64,000 nucleotides of DNA from a virus (lineage: Duplodnaviria; Caudoviricetes). Each line of letters begins with the position of its first letter. Positions within the stretch are counted from its first letter, which is position 1. Made by a program: the position numbers and the translations under genes. The DNA is taken from the IMG/VR virus record IMGVR_UViG_3300034108_000283, positions 32,001 to 96,000 of that record. One strand, 5' to 3'. Shown one piece after another: positions 55,641 through 64,000 of this stretch. Under the pieces are notes generated by a model that was not told where the DNA came from, did not search any database, and saw only the letters and a list, made by a program, of their open reading frames with translations.

Positions 55641-56309
55641 ATGAAATCTTGTGTACCAAAAAACTGTATAGTTGGGGAAACATGGAATCGACAAACCTGT
55701 AAATGTGAAGAAAAACCATTACAAAGATCTGGGGTTGCAGTAAAAGCATCTCCAAAATCTGTTACAAAAAAACCTAAATTATTTAATAAAGGTGGAATGG
55801 TAAAGTATGATGCAGGTGGTTCAACATCTGCTGTTAAACCTGAAGGTAAACGTTATACATCTGTTAAACCTGAAGGTAAACGTTATACATCTTTGTCTAA
55901 AGGTAATCCTAATTTAAAGCCTATGCCTAAACCTATGCCTAAACCAGGAGAAAAACCAATACCTGCAAAAGCAGGTGCTAAAGGAACTGGTACATATTAT
56001 GGACCAGGACCAAAACCTTTAGCAGGTGGTAATAAAAAGATTGTGACTAAAGTTGAGAGTTCAAATAAAACCCGTCCAACTACTGTTACTAAAAAAACAA
56101 CTAGTGCTGTTAAAAAACCAGCAAAACCTAAATTGCAATCTGATGAAAAAATAATGGATACAGCTAGATATATTTCACAAGGAATTAAAGATGTATATAA
56201 TTCACAAGTTGAAGGTATAAAAAAGTCTCCAGGATATAAAGCATATAAATATGTTAAAAATGCAATGGGTTATAAAAAAGGTGGTATGACTAAAACTAAG
56301 AAAAAATAA
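55641..56309 (+). CDS. Basic protein with xxGG motifs
   Basis: FNKGG, YDAGG and YKKGG. Confidence 0.6.
   Translation: MKSCVPKNCIVGETWNRQTCKCEEKPLQRSGVAVKASPKSVTKKPKLFNKGGMVKYDAGGSTSAVKPEGKRYTSVKPEGKRYTSLSKGNPNLKPMPKPMPKPGEKPIPAKAGAKGTGTYYGPGPKPLAGGNKKIVTKVESSNKTRPTTVTKKTTSAVKKPAKPKLQSDEKIMDTARYISQGIKDVYNSQVEGIKKSPGYKAYKYVKNAMGYKKGGMTKTKKK
55831..55892 (+). repeat. Perfect 30-bp tandem duplication
   Basis: CTGTTAAACCTGAAGGTAAACGTTATACAT twice (VKPEGKRYTS twice). Confidence 0.95.
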
Positions 56310-56311
56310 TC

Positions 56312-56578
56312 ATGGCACAGGCAAAAACTAAGAAAGTAAAAGTTACTGCCGGTGGTGAAAAGCATGTAGTATACAAAAAGACTACTAAGAAAGGAGAAGG
56401 AAAGGTTGGCAATATAATGGTCAACCATCCTACCAAAGATAAAGGTCAGTGGGATACAATAGATCTTACTGCAAAAGGTAGAGCTAAGACTGTTAAACAA
56501 GGAGTAGCAGCTACAAAGAAATGGCATAAGGATAACCCGGATTATAAATATAAAGGTAAAGGTAATGGCAAAAAGTAG
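56312..56578 (+). CDS. Basic hypothetical protein
   Basis: ORF track. Confidence 0.6.
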   Translation: MAQAKTKKVKVTAGGEKHVVYKKTTKKGEGKVGNIMVNHPTKDKGQWDTIDLTAKGRAKTVKQGVAATKKWHKDNPDYKYKGKGNGKK

Positions 56579-56912
56579 AGCACAACAAGCAGCAATAGCT
56601 ATCTCAATGAAGAAAGCTGGTAAAAAACCTAAGAGTTTACCAAAAGCTCAGAATGGTAAAATTGTAAAACCGACTGCAGATAGCACTGGTTATTACAAGA
56701 AAGAAATAAAAGGTTATGACCAACTTATTAAAAGTGAACCAAATACACCAATAGGAAAATCTAATAAGTTAGGCTATATGGATGCTAAAAGTAAAGCTTA
56801 TAGTAATCTAAATAGACAATCATTAAAAGGTAAACCAGGTTATGATAAAAATGGTTTTCCTATTAAAAAATCAACTACTAAAAAGAAAACAACTACTAAA
56901 AAGAAAGGATAA
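56565..56912 (+). CDS. Basic hypothetical protein
   Basis: S.AQQAAIAISMK; KAQNG motif. Confidence 0.6.
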   Translation: MAKSRAQQAAIAISMKKAGKKPKSLPKAQNGKIVKPTADSTGYYKKEIKGYDQLIKSEPNTPIGKSNKLGYMDAKSKAYSNLNRQSLKGKPGYDKNGFPIKKSTTKKKTTTKKKG

Positions 56913-57184
56913 TGGCAAAGTCACCTGCTTGGACAAGATCTGAAGGTAAAAATAAGACAGGAGGTCTTAATGCTAAAGGAGTAGCTAGTTATAGAAAAGC
57001 TAATCCTGGTAGTAAACTTAAGACAGCTGTAACTACTAAACCTTCTAAGCTTAAAGCTGGAAGTAAAGATGCTAAGAGACGTAAGAGTTTCTGTGCTAGA
57101 ATGTCTGGGATGCCTGGACCTATGAAAGATGAAAAAGGAAGACCTACAAGAAAAGCTCTTTCTTTAAGAAAATGGAACTGTTAA
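56912..57184 (+). CDS. DUF6321-like basic protein
   Basis: AW.R.EGKN..GGLNAKG.ASY...RRKSFCARM.G...LRKWNC. Confidence 0.65.
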   Translation: MAKSPAWTRSEGKNKTGGLNAKGVASYRKANPGSKLKTAVTTKPSKLKAGSKDAKRRKSFCARMSGMPGPMKDEKGRPTRKALSLRKWNC

Positions 57185-57196
57185 AATATATATAAA

Positions 57197-57874
57197 ATGA
57201 AAACTTGTAAAACTGGATGTGGTGGCAAAATGAAAGCCGGAGGATCTGTAAAGAAAGTAAAGAAAATGGCTACTGGTGGTCAAGCTCTAAATAAAGCTAA
57301 AGGATTTGCTCCTGCACAAAAAGGTGGTGACAATGTATCTAAACAAATTTATGGTATACCAAATGCTGGTACTACTGGACCAAACAGAACTGCTGGATAT
57401 GACTACAAAAAAGGTGGTTCTATTAAAAAAATGAAAGCTGGCGGTCGTTCAAACCCATGTCCAAAAGGATACCATTTGGAGGGAGGAATATGTAGAGAAA
57501 ATATTCTTCATAGTTTAGGTTCTAAACTTGGTGTAGGTACTGTAGTTACCGGTGCACTTGGTATTGCTGGTAAATACATCGGTGATAAAATAAAAGAAAA
57601 AAAGGCTGCAAAGAAAGAAGCTGAAGAAAAAAAGAAAAAAGCTGCAGAAACTCCAAAAGCTAAATTTGGTGCATCTGTTGGTGTAAAAGCTTCTTGTAAG
57701 CAAGGCATGGTTAGAGGTGCCGATGGTAACTGTGTAATGTCTAGACCTAAGTTTAAATCAGGTGGTTCATTAAAACCGGTTAATAAATCTGCTAACCCCG
57801 GACTTGCTAAACTTCCTACAGCTGTAAGAAACAACATGGGCTACATGAAAAAAGGTGGTGTTAAGAAAAAATAG
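57197..57874 (+). CDS. Basic protein with repeated MxxGG motifs
   Basis: MKAGG twice, MATGG, YKKGG, FKSGG and MKKGG. Confidence 0.6.
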   Translation: MKTCKTGCGGKMKAGGSVKKVKKMATGGQALNKAKGFAPAQKGGDNVSKQIYGIPNAGTTGPNRTAGYDYKKGGSIKKMKAGGRSNPCPKGYHLEGGICRENILHSLGSKLGVGTVVTGALGIAGKYIGDKIKEKKAAKKEAEEKKKKAAETPKAKFGASVGVKASCKQGMVRGADGNCVMSRPKFKSGGSLKPVNKSANPGLAKLPTAVRNNMGYMKKGGVKKK

Positions 57875-57876
57875 TC

Positions 57877-58041
57877 ATGGCAACTAAAAAGAAGTCAGAT
57901 AAAAATTGGATACAGAAAGCTACAGCTTCTATAAAAAGAAGAGGTACTGCCGGTAAGTGTACTCCAATAACTAAACCTGGTTGTACAGGGAAAGCTAAAG
58001 CTTTAGCTAAGACTTTTAAAAAAATAAGTAAGAATAAATAA
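57877..58041 (+). CDS. Small basic protein (54 aa), apparent endonuclease insertion target
   Basis: MATKKKSDKNWIQKATASIKRRGTAGKCTPITKPGCTGKAKALAKTFKKISKNK. Confidence 0.7.
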   Translation: MATKKKSDKNWIQKATASIKRRGTAGKCTPITKPGCTGKAKALAKTFKKISKNK

Positions 58042-58553
58042 TGAAAACTAACGGTGTCAGATACGGTATTAAATCATCTAAGCCTTATGAAATAAACAGA
58101 AGAGCTAAAAGAAAAAATATTACTGTAGAAGAATTAATAGTTTTAGAAAAAGAAGAACAAGAAAAAATTGATAATGGTTATACATTTTGTAATAGATGTA
58201 AAGAATGGAAAATATTTGGAAAAGCTAAAACATACTGTAAAGAGTGTTGCTCAAATAATACAAGAAATAGTTATAACTATGAAAAACAAAGAGCATATAT
58301 TCTTAAAAAGAAGTATGGTATTACTTGTGAAAAATATGATGAAATGTTACATGAACAAAATTACAAATGTTACATTTGTCAAAAACATGAAGATAAGTTA
58401 GACAGATCTTTAGCTGTAGATCATTGTCACACAACTGGTAAAGTAAGAGGTTTATTATGTGGAAACTGTAATAGATTTCTTGGACAAATAAATGATGATA
58501 TAATTGTAGCAAATAGGTTGGTTAATTATCTTATTAAATATAAAAACATTTAA
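58041..58553 (+). mobile_element. Endonuclease VII-family free-standing homing endonuclease
   Basis: YGIT...Y..M...Q...C.IC...LAVDHCH.TGKVRGLLC..CN..LG; flanked by a duplicated gene end. Confidence 0.8.
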
Positions 58554-58577
58554 GAAAATGGCTAAAAATAGATAATC

Positions 58578-58856
58578 ATGAAAAAGACTAATAAAGAAAA
58601 CCCAGTTACATTCTTTAGAAAAGCTAATGAAGCTAGACAAGCTGTAGTTAAAAAATCTATTAAGAAAGCTCAAGATGGAATGCAAGTGGGTCCAATGACA
58701 CAAGAGGATGCAGCTGATGCAGCATTTAGATCTGCACAAAATGATCCTGCTAATAATCCTAACAATGAAATGTTTAGACCTACTCCATATGCTCCTGCTA
58801 AAAATACAGGACCAATGAGTTATAAAAAAGGGGGTTCTACAAAAAGAAAGAAATAA
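58578..58856 (+). CDS. Basic protein with KAQDG and YKKGG motifs
   Basis: ORF track. Confidence 0.6.
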   Translation: MKKTNKENPVTFFRKANEARQAVVKKSIKKAQDGMQVGPMTQEDAADAAFRSAQNDPANNPNNEMFRPTPYAPAKNTGPMSYKKGGSTKRKK

Positions 58857-58859
58857 GAC

Positions 58860-59558
58860 ATGCTTAATAGTACTATTACCATAAAAGTTAAAGAAAGGAT
58901 CAACAAGCTTGACAGTAATGACTATGATAACATAGAATGCTGGCAGATTGTTGAGGCTTTCAATAAGGCTCAGGTTGAATGGGCTAGAAGACAGCTGCAT
59001 GGTATTAACCAAGTAAGAGAAGGTGATGAGCAATCTACCCGTAGAAAAGATGACTTACAAATCTTGTTAGTTACAGAGACTTTACCTACAGTAGATAAGC
59101 AGTATTACTTTAAGGGTGCTATTCCAGAGGATTACTTACAATGGAAAAGAGTAGATGTATTTGCTCAGAAAGACTGTTGTAATAAAAGAAGAATGACTGT
59201 ATACTTAGCAGAGGAAGGAAACCTTAATCAACTTCTCAGAGATAAAGCTAAACAACCTAACTTTGAATGGGCAGAAACATTTGCTACTCTTAAGGGCGGT
59301 GATGTAAATGTATATACAGATGGAGTGTTTAATATACAAACCATGGATCTTATATATTACAGACAACCTATTAAGATACAAGTGCAGGGATGTGTTGATC
59401 CTTATACAGGTGTTGCATCTGCAGCAAATGTAGAATGTGAGTTTAAAGATGATATAATAGAATTAATAATTGATGAGGCTGTAAGTATTATAGCTGGAGA
59501 TATTGAGTCTGGAAACCAATTCTCTAGAGGCACTGATACAGCTGAACGTAACAACTAA
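58860..59558 (+). CDS. Putative tail ring/head-tail adaptor protein
   Basis: NK.DS......FN.AQ...Y.R.P...CE.......II..AV pattern of crAss-like ring proteins. Confidence 0.6.
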   Translation: MLNSTITIKVKERINKLDSNDYDNIECWQIVEAFNKAQVEWARRQLHGINQVREGDEQSTRRKDDLQILLVTETLPTVDKQYYFKGAIPEDYLQWKRVDVFAQKDCCNKRRMTVYLAEEGNLNQLLRDKAKQPNFEWAETFATLKGGDVNVYTDGVFNIQTMDLIYYRQPIKIQVQGCVDPYTGVASAANVECEFKDDIIELIIDEAVSIIAGDIESGNQFSRGTDTAERNN

Positions 59559-59563
59559 TAACA

Positions 59564-60064
59564 ATGGCAACAAGAATGTTAAAAAGACCAGATACTTCAA
59601 GCAGACCACAAGTAACAGTAACTCAACCTAAGAGTGAATCTCCTAAAGCAGAACCAACTCCGGATACAGGAGTAGGTGGTAGCTCATTAGATACAATGGT
59701 AGCAGCTTGTGCTTCGGAACTTATGAGTGCTAGAAATGTCTTTCATAAGCTACATCTAAAAGTTACAGGACCGGGATCTTATGCAGCACATGTTGCTATT
59801 GGAGATTTCTATGATGGTTTACCTGGACATGCTGATACATTAGTAGAGGGATATCAAGGAGCTGCAGAAAAAATATTAACTCTAAAAGATGTTGCACCAA
59901 GAACATTAGATGATGTAGCTGATGGTGTTGCATACCTTAGAGAAATCTCTGGAATGATTACAAAACTTCAAGGAATGTTACCTTATTCTGAGATAGTAAA
60001 CAACTTAGATTTAGTTAAAGATTCTATTAATTCTACTAAGTATAAATTACTTTTCTTAAAATAA
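59564..60064 (+). CDS. Ferritin/Dps-like four-helix protein (DUF5856-like)
   Basis: H.LH......SYA.H.A...FYD......D.LVE.YQG...N..KY.L. Confidence 0.75.
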   Translation: MATRMLKRPDTSSRPQVTVTQPKSESPKAEPTPDTGVGGSSLDTMVAACASELMSARNVFHKLHLKVTGPGSYAAHVAIGDFYDGLPGHADTLVEGYQGAAEKILTLKDVAPRTLDDVADGVAYLREISGMITKLQGMLPYSEIVNNLDLVKDSINSTKYKLLFLK

Positions 60065-60129
60065 TTTGGTTATTTAAAAAAAGTTTAGTATATTATAGTA
60101 TATTTATTTATTAATTAAAACAAAAAACA

Positions 60130-61680
60130 ATGGCTTATTTTAATCATGCTTTTCAAAAAGTGTTTGTAGGAACTACCCTCAATGGAGGTGGTGGTTTTGT
60201 AAACACACTTAGCGGCAAATTAGGAACTCCAGGTAATATTCTTACAGGTGGTCAGTTTGCATTTGTAGATGCAAAAACTTGGACTCTACAAACAGCTGCT
60301 CCTTCAGGATGTTGTCCTTTAGTACTTGCTGCAGGTTCAATCTATCAAAGAGATAAGATTGGTCCTTTCCATGGTGGATACTTAGAGACTAACAAATCTA
60401 AAGTAATCAATCCTAAATATGTTAGCAAATTCTACCGTGTAGATCCATGTTTACCACAAAATGAAGTAGTTCATTTAGGTAACACTGCTTATACAGATGA
60501 TGTTGCTTTAACATTGGCTATTGATACTGCTGGAGCAAATCTTGTTGATGGTGTTTACACTGATGTTGAATTATGTCCTGCAGGAGCTGGGTCAGGTGGT
60601 CAAAATGCTTATGCTAATATTACTGTAGTAGATGGTGAAGTTACATTTGTTGAATTAACAAATGGTGGTTCAGGATTTACAACAGGTGATCTTATTGCTC
60701 CATGTGTTGATTTACCAAATACAGGTGAAGATACACAACCTGAGTTTGAAGTAACTGCTGGTGTTGGTGCTAACTGTTGTAAAAAATTCTATTGTGGTGA
60801 AACATATACATTACGTGTTGATGTTAAAGGTTCTCCTGCATTAAGATTACTTAATCACAACTCTTATATCATTGCTTCTGCATATGGTGGATGTTGTCCA
60901 GAAGGATCTATTGCTCCAGTAGAAATTGATTCAACTTTAATCTTTATCCAATGGGCTGATGCAATCCGTAGATACCCTGTTATCTCTCCATTCTTATTAC
61001 CAATAGTTATTGACCAAGCTGGTACTCCATGGTATGCACCAGGAACTGATGCTCAATTCTTAGCTGATGAGGGTGTTGATACTTGGGATCATTATGTATC
61101 TCCAGGATATGGTGAAGGTGACTGTGCTGGTTTAGTATTAGTAGGTGCTTATGTAGATACTAAGTTTGAAAACTGTACATTCCAATTGACTGACTTCTAT
61201 GAAGTTGAGCCAGTTAGAATCTATGCTTCTGAAGTAGATCTTAATGGTGATCCATGTTTGTTTGACGGAGTATGTGTTATCAAAGAATGTGAAGGAAGAC
61301 AAGCAATGGGTCTTGGTGAATCAGTTGCACGTGATGTAATCTTATCTGAGCAATACAGACAAAACTTCTTCCACAGTGATTTCAGGATTCGTGAGATTAC
61401 ACAAGGATACAGTGTGTTTGATTACATTAACCGTAACAACTTGTATACAAGATACTATTTGTTACATAATGTTCCACGCTTCAATAACCCAACTAGTACA
61501 TTTGATAATGATCAATACTTATTAGAGATCATTACTGATGGTGTAGAAGCTGCTTTTCAAACATTTGTTAACACTTGGTTGACTAACTGTGGATCAACTT
61601 GTGAAACTTTGGAAATTGAAGACTGTGTGCAAGCTGCATGTATTCCAATCTATCCTTACCCAGGACAGATTATAGACTAA
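60130..61680 (+). CDS. Abundant structural protein (possible auxiliary capsid or tail protein)
   Basis: Own late promoter and terminator; Cys-rich; inserted beta-domain ending TNGGSGFTTGD. Confidence 0.55.
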   Translation: MAYFNHAFQKVFVGTTLNGGGGFVNTLSGKLGTPGNILTGGQFAFVDAKTWTLQTAAPSGCCPLVLAAGSIYQRDKIGPFHGGYLETNKSKVINPKYVSKFYRVDPCLPQNEVVHLGNTAYTDDVALTLAIDTAGANLVDGVYTDVELCPAGAGSGGQNAYANITVVDGEVTFVELTNGGSGFTTGDLIAPCVDLPNTGEDTQPEFEVTAGVGANCCKKFYCGETYTLRVDVKGSPALRLLNHNSYIIASAYGGCCPEGSIAPVEIDSTLIFIQWADAIRRYPVISPFLLPIVIDQAGTPWYAPGTDAQFLADEGVDTWDHYVSPGYGEGDCAGLVLVGAYVDTKFENCTFQLTDFYEVEPVRIYASEVDLNGDPCLFDGVCVIKECEGRQAMGLGESVARDVILSEQYRQNFFHSDFRIREITQGYSVFDYINRNNLYTRYYLLHNVPRFNNPTSTFDNDQYLLEIITDGVEAAFQTFVNTWLTNCGSTCETLEIEDCVQAACIPIYPYPGQIID

Positions 61681-61701
61681 TCTTATAGACTAAAAACAAC
61701 T

Positions 61702-61737
61702 AAGGGGAGCTGAGTTTCATACTCCTCCCCTTTTTTA
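61702..61737 (+). terminator. Intrinsic terminator
   Basis: AAGGGGAG/CTCCCCTT plus T-run. Confidence 0.75.
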
Positions 61738-61747
61738 TTATTTCACT

Positions 61748-62290
61748 ATGGCTAATCATATACTAAGTTTAGAGGTACCAACTGTAATGAATCCTTGTAT
61801 CTTAAAGATATTTGATACAAGTGTTTATACACCATTGCTTCCGGTAACTTGCCCCACATTAAATATTACAGTACCAGGATTTGGATATTCTGTACAACTA
61901 GATACTACACAAGATTTTGTAGAAACAATTACTGCATGTGATCTAGGACTGCAAACAACAGATTGTGGAACAGTTACTGTAGATATACCTGATGGTATAT
62001 ACATTATTAAATACAGTGTATCTCCTAATGAAACTGTATATGTAGAGTATAACCATATGAGAATCACTCAAGCATTAAACAAATACTATAATGTATTATG
62101 TGATGTAGATGCTAATGCATGTGATCCTCCATTCAAAATAAAACAAAGACTTGAGGAACTTAGATTAATTTTTATGTATCTTCAAGCTGCTAAAGGTAAA
62201 GTAGAATTTTGTCATGAGCCACAGAAAGGAATGAGCTTATACAATTATGCTTTAAAACTTTTAAATAAATTAACTTGTACTAATTGTTAA
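61748..62290 (+). CDS. Putative structural protein
   Basis: IPDGIY.I.YSV motif. Confidence 0.6.
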   Translation: MANHILSLEVPTVMNPCILKIFDTSVYTPLLPVTCPTLNITVPGFGYSVQLDTTQDFVETITACDLGLQTTDCGTVTVDIPDGIYIIKYSVSPNETVYVEYNHMRITQALNKYYNVLCDVDANACDPPFKIKQRLEELRLIFMYLQAAKGKVEFCHEPQKGMSLYNYALKLLNKLTCTNC

Positions 62291-62311
62291 CTAATTAAAA
62301 ACCAACAACTT

Positions 62312-62509
62312 ATGGCAACTTGTGCAAATTGTGGAGCTACCCTATCATGCGGATGTCAGAAAAGAACATTAGCAAATGGTAAAAGTGGATGTGCTAACTG
62401 TGCTAGTAAAGTAACTAAACAAGAAGTAAAACCAACTACAGTAAAACCAACTAAAACAGTTTGGGGACCTGATAGATATAAACACTTACAAAAGTTTACT
62501 AAGAAATAA
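62312..62509 (+). CDS. Small Cys-rich protein
   Basis: CANCG...SCGCQ...GCANC. Confidence 0.6.
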   Translation: MATCANCGATLSCGCQKRTLANGKSGCANCASKVTKQEVKPTTVKPTKTVWGPDRYKHLQKFTKK

Positions 62510-64000
62510 TGGCTGGAATTCCTAAGTATAATATAATACCTTGCTGTCCTGATTCAGGTAGACAGATTGAGCAATTTCATATTCCTGATGGACCAGGTGG
62601 ACTTGTTCCAGATGGTGTATATGTTTATACTGAACCAAATACTGTTATTAATGGAATATCATTTATAACAGATCAATGTTATACAATACAAGGAGCTGGT
62701 AGTAATTTTGCAACATTGCCAGATGCCCCAAGTTATAATGACTTTTCATTAGTAGAAGGTTGTCTGGATGAATTATGTATTGCTTGTGAACCAGCTTTAC
62801 CAAATACATTTGAAGTATATGCATGTTGTGATTCAGCAAATGTAATAACATTAAATATAGATGATGCTACTAATACAACAAACGGTGTCTATTCATATAA
62901 TGGTGTTTTACCACTTACTGTAGGAGGATTTACATTTGAACCAGAGCAGTGTTATAAAATAGAATATGTTGGAAATGCTATTGCAACAGGAGGTCCTTTC
63001 TTATCTACTTTTTTATTTCAAGGTAGTACTTGTGAGCTTACAGAAAATTGCCCGGCATGTCCTACTACACCTCAGTATTTAAGATATGCATCTTGCTGTG
63101 GTAATTCAGTATTATATTTTAGACCTTATTCAACTGGTATATACACTGAAGGAGTATATGAGTATTTAGGAACACCTGTAAATGGTTTAGAAAATATTTG
63201 CTATAGTCTTACTATTGAAGATGTAGGTGTAGCACCAATAGATGATATTATAGAATATGGTGCATTACCTGAAGCTCCGGACTTTATTGAAAATGTTACA
63301 TTTGATACTTTTTCAAATATCACTACTAACTGTGCTGCTTTTACATTAGAATGCCCATCTTGTAAAAAGACATGTTATACTTTATACAACTGTGATGGAC
63401 TATTTTTTAATACTACATCTGATGTGTCAGCTTATGTTGGAGAGTTTATTACAATATCAAATAATGATGGACCAGTTGCAGGTACATGGTTTGTATTATT
63501 AAATACAGGTAAATGTGATGCTACAGAAGATATTACAGTAACAGGTCTAGCTCCAGAACCATGTGACTGCAGATGTTTTGAAGTTACAGGAAATCCTACT
63601 AAAATTATATATATTGACTGTAATGGAAATTTAATTAATACAGCAGGTGCTGATAAATTTTGTTCTTTAGTATATCCATTTGTAACTGGTACTCCAGGAC
63701 AATATCAAATATCAGAAGGAGATAACTGTGTTGATGGGGAATGTCCAGTTTTATGTTACAAACTAACAAACTGTGATACAGGTGAAGTTATCTATTCTAC
63801 ACTACAAAACTTATCTCAGTATGTAATTACATCTTCTATAGTTACATTATCAGGCTATGAAGGTTGTTGGCAAGTAAATAATTTAGAAGAAGGTGATATA
63901 TGTGACTGCCCAGTAAATGTTGTAGTTCTACAAGTATTTAGTTCATGTCAAGCGTGTCTACCTATAGTAGCCTACAAACTTACAAATTGTGAAAATCCGG
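62509..64000 (+). CDS. Large Cys-rich repeat protein, runs off window
   Basis: Starts MAGIPKYNIIPCCPDSG; repeated CC, CY.L.NC and C..C units; frame appears open to the window end. Confidence 0.7.
   Translation, partial: MAGIPKYNIIPCCPDSGRQIEQFHIPDGPGGLVPDGVYVYTEPNTVINGISFITDQCYTIQGAGSNFATLPDAPSYNDFSLVEGCLDELCIACEPALPNTFEVYACCDSANVITLNIDDATNTTNGVYSYNGVLPLTVGGFTFEPEQCYKIEYVGNAIATGGPFLSTFLFQGSTCELTENCPACPTTPQYLRYASCCGNSVLYFRPYSTGIYTEGVYEYLGTPVNGLENICYSLTIEDVGVAPIDDIIEYGALPEAPDFIENVTFDTFSNITTNCAAFTLECPSCKKTCYTLYNCDGLFFNTTSDVSAYVGEFITISNNDGPVAGTWFVLLNTGKCDATEDITVTGLAPEPCDCRCFEVTGNPTKIIYIDCNGNLINTAGADKFCSLVYPFVTGTPGQYQISEGDNCVDGECPVLCYKLTNCDTGEVIYSTLQNLSQYVITSSIVTLSGYEGCWQVNNLEEGDICDCPVNVVVLQVFSSCQACLPIVAYKLTNCENP

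Noticed and set aside
28238-62851. Minus-strand ORFs in the right arm (e.g. 52815, 54007, 54873, 58455)
   Set aside because: Antisense shadows of Lys-rich or structural genes
1-64000. Stop-codon reassignment as in some crAss-like phages
   Set aside because: Standard-code ORFs are full length and tightly packed, and TAG and TGA both end genes at sensible positions

Overview
AT-rich dsDNA phage sequence with crAss-like (Crassvirales-type) gene content, most likely infecting an environmental Bacteroidota host (canonical TTTG-N19-TAnnTTTG promoters, no Shine-Dalgarno motifs). It has two divergent arms that meet at about 27,840-28,130. The minus-strand arm (1-27,800) carries replication, recombination and accessory genes: RecE-like exonuclease, MoxR/vWA pair, primase, Sak4-like ATPase, DnaB-like helicase, UDG, ClpS, SF2 helicase and HNH. 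It is headed by a regular array of 13 promoter-ORF-terminator mini-cassettes plus a structured non-coding block. The plus-strand arm (28,260-64,000) carries middle genes, four paralogous fibre proteins, a lysis cluster, terminase, portal, scaffold, major capsid protein, a cluster of Lys-rich proteins with a shared xxGG motif, and Cys-rich structural proteins. The most unusual items are (1) a tandem-PAS sensor fused to a two-TM membrane tail inside the holin/endolysin cluster, (2) the early cassette array with its own promoter motif, including an empty cassette, (3) candidate small RNAs complementary to start-codon regions, (4) several structured RNA elements, and (5) an endonuclease VII insertion that supplied a recoded 3' end to its target gene. 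All protein calls come from motif recognition by eye; no database searches were run.
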